From contig NC_092671.1 of assembly GCF_964355755.1 (NCBI RefSeq), positions 20,212,001 to 20,276,000 of the forward strand: a DNA stretch of 64,000 nucleotides, in the 5' to 3' direction. Source of the stretch: Antedon mediterranea. Lineage: Eukaryota; Animalia; Echinodermata. The notes beneath the pieces are model-generated. The model saw only the letters and a program-made list of their open reading frames with translations, did no database searches and was not told the origin of the DNA. Position 1 is the first letter of the stretch. Every line of letters starts with the position of its first letter. Made by a program: the position numbers and the translations under genes. This document shows, piece after piece, positions 52,327 through 64,000 of this stretch.

Positions 52327-53727
52327 TTAAAGAACAATAAATAAGTAAAAGAAGAAAATAACAATTTGCTGATCTATACAATGCCTATATGATATAATAG
52401 GTCTATCTTGAGCCTGCTTACCCTAACCCTGCCCTAACAGACCAATCATGGAAGCATTCCATTTATAAAAATATAATTAATAACAATGTCTACTTTACTG
52501 TAATGACTTCCATTAAAATGGAAGTCATTACAGTATAGTAGACATAAAACAGCATTAACTGTAAACAATAACAACAGTAATGTACTTATACAATAATTAA
52601 CTTTAAATATAGAGCAAAGTAAATTGGTGTTCAAACGCTCACCTGTACAGAGAGTCAATATTTAAAATTCAACGAACAGTCTTCAATATGTACAGTACAG
52701 TCGATCAAATATAGTTTTTTTGAGTGCAATATGCCAAACTAGCACAAACTTCCAATCAACGCGAACTTAAAACTTGGTTCGGTAATGTAATTATACTGTA
52801 GTACAGTAAAACGTATTAGCTTTAAATAAAGTCGCATATTTTAATTTGTAATACTTGACCAGCACTTCAGATGGCATAATCAGGAAAAGAGAATTGAAAC
52901 ATGAGAACATATCCTAATATTGGCCCAGTCACCTGACCAAGGCTAATCCTCTTGGTCAATCCTTGTTGCTGGGGAAAAACCATACCACAGATAGAATGTA
53001 ATGTTTTGTATTGTTGCAGTATAGAGTTTTATACTGACATCTCTTTATTTTGAGTTCTGGTACAGTATTTTCAATTATTACTGTACTACTTAAACTGTAA
53101 ATTGTCTTTTATTTTTAATTCATTGTATTTTGCTTAAGTGATGTACGTACACATACACATGCTTGTAGTGAAATTAGCCTAAATCACACACAGCCAAATA
53201 TATATTTTCCCGGAGAAATCTTATGTAGGAGAATTTTACAATAGGTTACGAACTCTTGGAGTGGCTTTCTAGTTAATTATAAAAACCAAACTTTTATAGC
53301 AAAAATCATCCCAAATTTATGTTAAAAATCAATGAATTTAGCAACAAAAACTTAAACCAAATAAGAGTATCTATGGCACGCCCATGGATTATTCCACAAT
53401 GTTTGAAAAAGAAGATCATTCATTGTTTTGTGGATTTGGAAAAATTGTTTACCAAATCTTACATAATTCTTTCCAAAAAGGATTCTTAATTTTTTTCACT
53501 AAAATAATCTGTTTTCTACTACATTTTAATGTTTGTATACCTCCAAAATGCTTACTGTATATGAAGCCAAAAAAGGTCTTTCTATTTTACTTCTTCATCT
53601 TCCTTTACAATTTTGTGAATCCATTTGACTTTTTTAAAGGATTGACTAAAGAAGGTGAAATGAGGCATATTTAGACGCCTTATTGTATTGTGCGAACAAT
53701 AATGCTTCTTTTAATTCTGTTTGGGCC

Positions 53728-54216
53728 AATAGGGAGGTTTCGCAACCTTACGAATACGATAAAGAAAACTGATACTTCACACATTTGTGAAACTTTTGAG
53801 CTGATCCCCATTTCATTTTCTTAAAGCGTATTCCTGTTGACGAATATCACCAGTACAAAACGAGTATAGTTTTTGATCTATTTTGCACATTTTGCATTTG
53901 AATCAGGAATGATTCATAATTATATAATTATAGATTTATTGAAAGTAATTTACTAAAGTAATTTACTAAAATGCCAGGTCAATTTTGATAAATAGCAGTT
54001 TTTAAAGTCCTCACTCGCTTTGATGTTACGCTAGGCCTAGGCAGCCAAGTAACATGTACCTGCGCTTCGCTCAAATTTACCACAGTCATATTTGGATGGC
54101 GCCCTCAATATTTCGTTGCCATGCGAAACAGATTTTTACTGGCTTACGAAAAGGAATATGTGTGCGTGACAAATCCGTTTTTGTATGTATTCGTAAGATT
54201 GCGAAACCTCTCTATT
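53728..54216. mobile_element. MITE (Harbinger-like)
   Basis: ~31-bp TIR AATAG(G/A)GAGGTTTCGCAA(C/T)CTTACGAATAC. Confidence 0.7.
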
Positions 54217-55240
54217 ATTCAAAACAAACCCATATTATTTTTAATCAATTTGTTTGAAAAAAGAATCCGAGGGTGACGGAAACACAGAAAATAAAAATAA
54301 AATCAAGCTTTTAACAATGGAAATATTTTCTTGAGAGAGAGAAGTCTACATTTCCACAAAATTATTTTTTCCTGAAAGATCAAATTTTCGATAGAATTAA
54401 GTTTTGTTGAAAAAGATATACTTAGAACCTTATTAAACTCTTCTCCATAGTGGAGCCATTGAACATTTTTAACAGTTTTTACGAGCCTATCTATCTATGC
54501 TTTGGTTTTATCCAAGTTACAGACCATATACTGTACAAAAATCTGTAAAAAAGATTCTAACACATCCTTGACACATTGACTGCCAGAGGTTTTTCCAGTA
54601 TTTTTAGCCAATTTCGATATTTTTATTAAAGCTGATTGAAACTATGTATGTGATCTGATTATATGTAATTTAGACTAAAATAATCATAAAGATTTAAGCT
54701 TTACAATGGTACCAAGAAGGATTTTCAAATCAATATGTAAATCGTAATAGTAAAATAAATGCATCGATGGGCCTATAAAAACAAGTTAGTTACCAATATC
54801 TAAAAATGTAATACATTTTATAAATCATAAATCTTAAGTCAAAGTTTCGCCAAAATCCACATATTAAAGACACCAGGTACGGGCAAAAAATTTCTATTGA
54901 TCATACATTTTAATAATTATAGATCTATAGTTTCCCCTATGTTTTATATTTTTGGGGATTTTATTTGTGTTACACAAGCTTGTTGAAAAGAAGCACTTTC
55001 TTATCAGTGGGGGGATAGTTCAAATTACACAGTAAAATCTCTATTCTTTTGTACACAAATTTTGTAAATTGAGAGGCATTTTAAAAAGCTATAAAAAATA
55101 AACGGTGTTGTAAATACTGATTTTGTGTAATCGGTAATTATCACTTTACACATGTTTATTTTGCTTTGAGTTATTACCATATTTATTTGTAATTTAAATG
55201 GATTAAAAAACTTTATTTAACCCACATTTTTGGTGTAAGA

Positions 55241-55313
55241 GGTTTCGTAGTGTAGTGGTTATCAAGTCTGCTTAACACGCAGAAGGTCCCCGGTTCGAGC
55301 CCTGGTGAAACCC
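55241..55313 (+). tRNA. tRNA-Val(AAC), degenerate, probably a pseudogene
   Basis: Acceptor GGTTTCG/TGAAACC, A box, anticodon stem TCTGC/GCAGA with loop TT-AAC-AC, GGTTCGAGCC B box, T5 terminator at 55315; mismatches in D and T stems. Confidence 0.75.
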
Positions 55314-55384
55314 ATTTTTCTTAAACCTTAATGGTGAAATATACTGTATACGTAATATGATATAGAGTATATCTCGTTTTATTA

Positions 55385-56055
55385 CTCGGGGGGTACCTGA
55401 GTTTAGGACTCTCTCATCTTTTCCTCTGCTTCTTTCATCCGGACACTATTGAGTAAAAGGTACTACTCCTCTCTTATTTGTTGTAGTATTGTGCTGGGAT
55501 TTGGCATGAATATGTCCTCAAAGCTATAGAGCCGGACTTTTACTCAGGGTACCCGAGTCTAGGACAAATTTTGTATTTTTTTCGTCTTGATTTCTGTTAC
55601 AAATATTCTGTTACAAATATTTGACCTTCCAGTATGACTTTTAGTATGGCTTCCTTTATTATCCATGCATCAGTGCTTGTTTTTTGGATTAACAATGTGA
55701 AACATTTTCAACTTGTTGACCAGTTTTTTAACACCACCGTCGACGAGAGGTACGACATATCAGCCATTTTTACCAGATGCAAACATTCCAACGCTAACTT
55801 TGCGGTCGCTGCAACAAGTGTCATTTTTGTATCGCCTGCCTATATTTACAGTTCCGGTAATTATCGAACGAGGAAGAGTACGTCCCACATACACCGGACT
55901 CTTGATCTTAGAGGGAAAGGCTTACTCTTTGCTATCTTGCTTAAATGTGGTGATATTTTTCCAAACCTGGGACCCGGAATCCATCTCAATATGGAGGAAG
56001 ACTTCAAGGTTTTTAAAGGAAGGGCCTTCACTTCATTCATCTTAACGTAAGGTCA
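55385..56055 (+). mobile_element. 5' portion of a CR1/L2-group LINE cut by the L2 insertion
   Basis: ORF 55634: hydrophobic leader, LLKCGDIFPNLGP, then (frameshift) GLHFIHLNVRS = APE start. Confidence 0.7.
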
Positions 56056-58219
56056 ATTTTTTATTTAATTTTTATTTAATTTTGGATTTATATAGCGCTT
56101 TTCCAAGTGACCAAAGCGCTGTACAATAGAAAATACTATATACTCAACAAAACTTACAAAAAATAGAAAATGGAATGAAAATACAAAAATATATATATAA
56201 AAAACTATGAGGGCCTATACAAAAAGTTACCGTAATTTCATTAACATTATTTAGGAAAGAGATAGGTTTTTAACATTTTCTTGAAATATTGCACATTTGG
56301 GGCTTCACGAATATAAGATGGTAAGTTATTCCACAATCTAGGACCGATGACAGAAAAACACTTATCGCCAAATGACCTCTTGGTCTTGGGGATGGCAAGA
56401 CGGGTATGGTCTTGGGTAGATCGAAGTCCATGCCGACCAGAATGGTGTTTGTTTATAAGGTCCTGTACATAACCAGGTGCTGAGCCATACAGACAGTTGT
56501 ACACATGCACTAAGATCTTGAATTCAATCCTCTGCTTGACAGGCAACCAATGCAGCTCCTCAATGAGAGGAGACGCAGTGGTGCGCTTGCTAGCTTGAAA
56601 AATAAGACGTGCAGCGCTATTTTGCAGTGTTTGCAAACGTCGGACGTCTGAAACAGCCAATCCACCGAGCAAAGAGTTGCCATAGTCCAGTCGGGAAAGA
56701 ATTAAAGATCTTACTGCATGTGTACAAGTAGAGCGGTCTATGAAACACCGAATCCTACTCAAATTACGAAGATGGAAGTTTACCCTACTACGCAATGTAC
56801 TAACATGATTTTTCATAGAGAGTTGGTTATCAAGCATGATACCAAGATTTTTAATCTTACTGGATGGGGTGATAAAAGATTCACCGATTTTCAAATCAAG
56901 TTGGGGTATAGCCTTAACATGCCTATTAGATGAAATCACGAAAAACTCAGTTTTTTAATCATTTAGCTTTAGTTTGTTGATCATCATCCACGAACGTATT
57001 TCAGTAATGCATTCGGTAAGTTTAAACTTAGCGGCGGAGATATCCTCCTCCGACTTTTAATCAAAGCTAACGTAAAGCTGTATGTCATCAGCATATATGT
57101 GATACGCTACTTCAAATCGCCTAATGATATCTGCAATAGGTTGCGCATACATAGTAAAGATAGATGGACCTATGATGGACCCTTGAGGTACACCATATCT
57201 CAAAACATGATTCTGCGAGTATTCACCTAGAACACAGACTCTATTTACACGTTCATGATGGTAACTAGCAAACCAGTTTAATGCAGTACCGGAGATACCA
57301 AATTCACTCTGCATTCGATTTACAAGGATGTCATGGTCTATGGTGTCGAATGCAGAGGAGAGATCTAGTAGGACCAACATAATTGATTTACCTTTGTCAA
57401 GTTCATTTAACATATATCATTCTTAACCCGCAAAAGGGCAGTTTCCGTACTATGAGATGATTTATATGCAGATTGGTACGGTTCAGTAAGATCGTTGTTC
57501 TGGAGATGCTCTTTAAAACTAGAGACCTCCCAACGTTAGTTAAAATAATTGAATATCTATCGTTGGGAGGTTGGAGACAGGCCGGTAATTTTTAAACACA
57601 TCAGGATTTAAGGTTGGTTTCTTAATCAAAGGGGTAATAATCGCTTGACGAAGGATAATAGGAAATATCCCTGCTCTCAGAGAATTATTAACAATGGACG
57701 TGATACTCGGCAATAATGTATCAATACAGCGTTTCAGTAACCAAGTGGGCATAGGATCCAGTGGACTTGTTTTATTAGGAAGTTTAGTGATAATTTTCCT
57801 AACATCTTCCTCGTTCAGTTTTACAAAAGTAAAAGTATTTACACACTTACTTAATTTATCACTAACAGGCCCGTATCCAGGGGGGGTGCGTTGGGTGCAG
57901 ACGCACCCCCCCCCCCCCCAAGTCCCAAAAGGTCCACTATTTCCTCGGTTGGTATTTTTTCTTGTCTTGTTTAACTAAAGACAATATCATTATATATATA
58001 CAAAATTTACATTATCAATGGTATACAAACAAAAATATGCTAATATAAAATGAAAAAAAAAAAGGTAATTAAATTACGGAATCTGAACTGACTACAAACT
58101 CGATGTAAAACATGCGCAGTCGATCATGTGACGACAAGCAATAGCTTAGCGCTTCATGTACGCGGTACGCGGTAAAGTGTTTGCTGGAGAAATACAGACA
58201 ACTTAACGTCGGGGAATAC

Positions 58220-59695
58220 GGGTACTTTTTGTCGGGGAATATAATATACAGTAAAAAACGTTCGCGTTCACTTCATATAGCTTCAGCGCCTAGAAAACCA
58301 CGACGTTCCATTGACCGTGAGAGTACGTCAGAGGGCTAATATGCACTTTTATGCATTCATTATTGCCAGCGATCTAACTTACTAATAAACATTAGCTAGG
58401 TACGCACTTGTCTGGCGGTATCCCTTTGTACGAATCGTTCAACGTTGGGTCGAGACGCGTGATATCAAGTTTCATCCAGGGACCAAAATGTGTAATGTAG
58501 TTATTTTCCAGGCGAAGTTTACCGACGGTTACCGAAGGGAACACGTGTACTTTTTGTCGGGGAATATAATATACAGTAAAAAGCGTTCGCGTTCACTTCG
58601 TAGCTAGCTTCAGCGCCTAGAAAACCGCGACGTTTCATTGACCGTGAAAGTACGTCAGAGTGATATTATGCACTTTATATGCATTCATTATTGCCAGCGA
58701 TCTAACTTACTACAAAGAATATATATCACAAGAATGAGTGATTTTTGCATGAGAAATTTGTAACAGAGAGCTCCAGAGAGTGATGCCCGCCCTCATAAGG
58801 GCGGATGTATACATACTAAATAAGACTTGATTTAATAGATATTATACATGTCACATTAAATAGAATTATGATAATAGTTTTGCAATTGTAAACTATTTTA
58901 TAATACATATTTATTAACAAACTAGTGTACATTCACTTTTACAGACAATTATTTACTAACATGCTAAGTTAGTTCACAAAAAAGGCCTAACACAGCAACA
59001 CCAAAAGTCAACGAATTCTTACTCAGCACGGCCTATTCTTTACCATTGCCCGTGTACTACTCTACGCCCGGTAAATTAAGTATTGTTTTTATGATATAAA
59101 TTAGTATAAGATACATGTTATTAATAGGAAAAAATGTTAAATGTCATTAACATTTATTTGTTTTACCAGAAACAAGTTAAATATAGGAATATTATTAAAC
59201 TATCCTACGTGAAAACGCGTAAACACCAACACGCCCGGTCACGCTATCGTAGCGCCCGGTTGATAAAGCAAACTGTTTATACGGCAGTTTTTACTAAATA
59301 AATTGCATAAAACGAACAATTAAATATTCAAATAGTATTTAACATGATGTTGGCATGTAGTTGATAACATTTTTTATCATGAAAATACTACTGGTGGTCC
59401 AGCCTTTGATTAGTGAAACCGTCACAAAAAGTTGTATACATCCCAGATACATCCACACTTATGGCGGCGCCCTACCACATGGACAATATTACTGTTACAG
59501 GGAAAATCGCGGAATACTCATTCTTGTGATTATATTCTTTGCTTACTACTAAACAATAGCTAGGTACGCACTTGTCTGGCGGTATCCCTTTGTACGAATC
59601 GTTCAACGTTGGGTCGAGACACGTGATATCAAGTTTCATCCAGGGACCAAAATGTGTAATGTGTTATTTTCCAGGCGAAGTTTACCGACGGTTAC
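58220..59695 (+). repeat. ~325-bp tandem duplication; second unit split by P-like MITE
   Basis: 58222-58532 repeats at 58547-58712 + 59549-59695. Confidence 0.85.
58713..59541. mobile_element. P-element/Galileo-like MITE
   Basis: TIR CAAAGAATATA..TCACAAGAATGAGT; 7-bp TSD CTTACTA; empty site at ~58378. Confidence 0.85.
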
Positions 59696-60996
59696 GTCGT
59701 GTACTGCGTCGACGTACGCTACACTACAGCAAAAACGAATTATGTTAATTGTTCGTTTGTTCACCAATTTTTTAATTTACAAGTAACCTTCTGTACCGTG
59801 GGGCACCTAAAATAAATTTTTCATCTATTACTAAACAAAAAAACATGCCATTTTCGCTTAGCCAACATTATAGCTATAGTTATTACATCTTCAATATCCT
59901 GTATGTCATGAATTTCTCACCACTCGGAAGTCCAGATGGTACGCATGCATACACCTGGGAGGAATAAACTTTTTTCCCCGACTGAAAAAGGTCTACGCTT
60001 GCGTTTTTTAAGCCTCTAGGCCTGATGTTTCCAAAGTATAAAATGCAATTTTTTGAAGACCTGCAGCTCTAGTTTTAAACATTTTCTTAGCTCAGCCCCA
60101 ACAATAAAGCTGGTCATATTTCGAAGAACAAGAAGTACATTTTCCGGGACCTAACATCTCTATTTTTTCAAACATTTCTTAGCTCAGTCACAACCCATGA
60201 TAGGGACTTATATATTTTTTTTCATGTTTTGAAGTATAATAAGTCCAATTTCCGCGACCTCCAACTCTATTTTTCTAAATTTTCTTTGAACTTTTATTTT
60301 TTAAATTGAAAAATATGGATTGAAACAGTCATCGCGCATCGTTTTTTTGCACGCAGTATTTTATTTTTGCATTATAAAAAATGGAAAAAATGGCTACCCT
60401 AAATCTGATTAAAAAGACCTCAAATGACGCTAGAACGCGTTGCTTCCAGGGGGGGCTCTTGGCGGCCCCTGGCCCTCAGACTAGTGATGCTCGCTTCGCT
60501 CGCATAGCCCCCTCGTCGGGGAATGTAGCCCCCGCGTCGGGAAGATCCTGGCGCCACCCCTGTATGCTGAGTTGGCCTCATCATAAAAGCGTTAAGTTCT
60601 GGTGTCCATCGTTCAACTAGCCCAAGCCACAACAGAGAGTCTTACATCAGTCTTTAGAACGTCAAATAACGCAAATTTTTCCAGAGCCTTCGGCCCCTGG
60701 ACCCTGACCGGGGGCCCTTGGCGGCCCCCTTGCCCCCAGCCATTGTTGCTCGCTTCGCTCGCACCCCCCCCTCCCCATTATAAATGCTGCATACGGGCCT
60801 GCACTAAGGATATTATTGTCAGAATTTAAGATTTCGTTTTGACTGACATTGTATACATTATCATTCTTATCATTATTTATATGGCACATTTGATCAAGTT
60901 CAGATCTAATGTTAGACACCTTATCATATCAGTGAAATATTGTGCAAATTGATTGCTCAGAACCAGGTTAGAGGAACTTGCAGGAAGTTTACTGAC

Positions 60997-62061
60997 GGGT
61001 GTCACGAAAGCTCAGACCACGAAAGCTCAGACCCCCTAAGACCTAAGATCACGAAAGCTAAGACCCAACACCTAAGATTACAAATACTAAGATATACTAC
61101 AGCTTAAAAACAATACTTGTTTATCCATACATAATTTTAAACACAGTAGGTTTCATTTATTACCATAAATATAATTTAATACTACCGCAAAACATAGATA
61201 AACTCACATTATTTTCGCCCGTTGAGTAAATGTATATTTTTTCTTTACAACAAACAAACTTGACGGGTTGTTTGTTGGTATATATTTACTCCATTGTGTT
61301 GGTTCAGAGGATGTTTTTCTTACGCACCTGCCTTTCTTGTATTTTGACTCCAAATTTGTTGACTAACTTTATCCTGAACACCACACTTTAAAATTAGGAC
61401 TTATAAGTACTTTCAGAAGGAGAAACACATAATAACAAATAAATAAATCCTTTAAATTGATGATTTTACAGATGTGTTTCTTTGTATACTGTAATGTAAC
61501 TCCTCGAGCTCCCCATGCTCAATGTTTTTGTTTCTATGGAGCGCCAAAAGAGCAACAATAATAGTACAAGTATAAAAACAGAAAGAAAACGAAACAAAAA
61601 AACTTATCATGATTTTTAAATTAAAATTTATTTGCCAGTATTTATTTCTTCGTACTTGCATGATTATACTATTATCATTACAATTTTAATTTTACATTGT
61701 TCCATCCACACTGTAGATGGACTCCACAGAGTTTTCAGCCCTCTATATAATTTTTGCTCTTTTGACGTTCCATAGAAACAAAAACATTGAACATGGCCCA
61801 TGGGGTAGGCCTACTGTACTGTAGGCTAGTCATTTTGTGTGCGAGAAAAACGTCTGTAAAATCATCAATTTAAAAATGTATTTGTTACTTTTTATGTGAT
61901 TCTTTTTCATGAAAGTGCCAATTCTAAGGTGTGGTATTCAGAATAAATGTTGGGAGTTAAAATACAAGGCAGGTGCGAAAGATAAATATTTGTAATCTTA
62001 GGTGTTGGGTCTTAGCTTTCGTGATCTTAGGTCTTAGGGGGTCTGAGCTTTCGTGACACCC
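60997..62061. mobile_element. Mutator/Phantom-like non-autonomous element, copy 3
   Basis: Same TIRs; 10-bp TSD GTTTACTGAC. Confidence 0.92.
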
Positions 62062-62856
62062 GTTTACTGACAGATGAATTTAACAGACTATTAAGAGTAT
62101 TAAACATTGTTTTAGCATTTGCACCATTTAGTGTTTCTTGGAAAAGGTTGGTTTTACGTTCCTTGATAAGTTTAGTAACTTTAACATTTTGCTTCAGGTA
62201 CATTTCACGATCTTCACCAGAGAGAGTTTTTCTCCACTTGCGTTCAAGTTGTCCACGCTCACGACGCGAGTCTTTTACATCATCAGTATACCATTTAGGT
62301 TGTCTGATCAGCTTCAGGGACCGTGATTTCTCCGGGCAATGTTTATCAAGTACTTCGCGAATAGAACTATTATATAACTCAGCTTGAGAATTGGGATCAT
62401 TTGTCAGAAGAATACACTTCGTCGCACGATCGAGATCAGGTATGAAAGATTCCATGTCTAGGTCTTTAAAAGATCTACGGGTGATAATTCTTCTTTTGGG
62501 ACATGGTTTAAACCTATTGATACTACACTCTATCATGTTATGATCAGATCCATATCTGCATGGTGATACAGTAATGTATGACTCGCATGTAATAAGATCA
62601 TCTTCTGGATGACAAATAACATGATCAAGCGTATTTCCACATTTATGCGTTGGGCTGTTGACGTACTGTTTCATGTTGTGTTCTGCCAAAGAGGTTAAAA
62701 ATCGCGACACGTCTTGTTTTGTAGGATCATTGACATGAACATTCAGATCACCCATAATCAATGGTTTGCCAGGGAGTGTAGATACAACACCCAGGAAACT
62801 GTCAAACTCTTCAAAAAATTGATTATGTGTAAAGCCATTTTTCTTTGAGGGTGGTG

Positions 62857-64000
62857 CAGTGGCGGATCTAGGATCTGACGAGGGGGGGTGGCCACGAAAA
62901 TGGCAAACGAGGTGCGTAGCACCGAGCGGGGGAGGGTTTGGGGGGGGGTGTCCCCCTCCCGAGGGTCCGAAAATTTTTGAAAAAATAGATGCTTACACAC
63001 TGTTTAATAGGCTAGAGAAACTGTTTCCATCACACTTAATAACAAATATTACATAATGTAAAGTTAAATACATCCTTCCTAAATACTGTACGGATCTTTT
63101 TCGACGAACTAATAATAAACTTTGATCGAAAAACCTTCAAACAAAATGAACATTTTGGTAATGCGGTACTCCGAAAATGCCTCGATAGAGTGCATGTGTT
63201 GTGTACCGTGTTTTGGTGGTGGTCTGTTAACCTCAGAGATATACAGTATACCCTACAGCCGGGTGAATAACTCAATGTAATTTTGTATACAATGATCGCA
63301 GTAATCGCCGTGTCTATAACACAAATAAAAAAAACGCCAAATACGCCACATACTTTTTTCGGCCGTCCCGTGTGTACATACAAGACCTTTCATGTTTATT
63401 TTATGCCTATAAAATAATAAAAGAACACCATGTTTCTCGTTTATTTTTATCGTTTATAGTGCATACCATAATATTATACAAAAAACTTTCATGCGCGAGA
63501 AAAAAGTTCCCGATATTACACTCCACTCAGGGGTGTAAATATACCACGCCAACGCTTTGTGCACACACGGACCAGGGCGGCGGAAATTAACTGCAATGGA
63601 AAATGGTGTATTTTGGAGAGTGATGACGTCAGCATTCACACGAGGAGCGAGCTTGACAACGTGACGCTGGTAGTTTTAGGAGTGCGTGTGTTTTGAAAAT
63701 GGGTATTTTCCGAAGATTGTAAATCGTGTTTTCTTTTTAAACTCTTGAATTCATAATAGTAATTAAACTCTATAGCTCTTTCACTGTGTAGGCCTATTTA
63801 CACACAACTAAAATAGTAACTAGAATTTAATTCGTCACTTTGACGAATTATAGGTGATCATTTTTATCATTTTAATGAAATTAACATTTTTTAAACATGC
63901 ACGTACGTTAACATACGATCGTAAAAAGCTGATGTACGCCATCCTATGACATGATGCATATACACTTATAGTGCTGAGTTGTACCTATTATGTACAGTAT
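62857..64000. mobile_element. Left end of a hAT-like element, continuing beyond the window
   Basis: CAGTGGCGGATCTAG identical to the TIR at 4871; interrupts L2 APE at (YR)PPPSKKNG. Confidence 0.8.

Larger units (their letters stand above)
57866..60801. mobile_element. hAT-like non-autonomous element with 6-bp TSD
   Basis: TIR CAGGCCCGTAT(C/G)CAG; CACTAA on both flanks. Confidence 0.88.
56056..62856 (-). mobile_element. L2 LINE ORF2 (APE-RT) broken by three DNA transposons
   Basis: L2 3' stem-loop AGCGCTTTGG..AAAAGCGCTATATAAAT and tail at 56056-56125; SRLDYGNSLL, YADD, DLSSAFD, YRPVSNL, GDLN, GNTLD, SDH. Confidence 0.92.

Noticed and set aside
52330-55240. Short ORFs in the AT-rich interval as host exons
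   Set aside because: No recognisable domains or consistent splice phases

Overview
AT-rich eukaryotic (animal, probably marine invertebrate; inference from the TE families) genomic DNA made almost entirely of nested transposable elements, with no supportable host protein gene. Contents: a near-intact CR1/L2-group LINE (1-3868) sitting in the 5' LTR of a decayed BEL/Pao element (to ~12935), which is split by an intron-containing hAT transposon; a minus-strand LINE remnant carrying a perfect 221-bp palindrome with a hammerhead ribozyme on each strand; two Gypsy LTR elements (one CsRn1-like with ~99% identical LTRs); a decayed AcademX transposase; a DD35D pogo element fused tail-to-tail to an inverted relative; a 2A-like/PHD/APE/RT LINE; an L2 broken by three DNA transposons; a degenerate tRNA-Val; and many MITEs (Mutator-like, P-like, Ginger2-like, Kolobok-like, Tigger-like) with readable TSDs. 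Top leads: an in-frame U_UUU_UUA -1 frameshift signal that would fuse LINE ORF1 to an ATG-less PHD-APE-RT ORF2; the bidirectional hammerhead palindrome; CAG-ended hAT-like elements with 5- and 6-bp instead of 8-bp TSDs; and a canonical PIP box in a hAT transposase micro-exon. All family assignments come from motif recognition by eye, not database searches.
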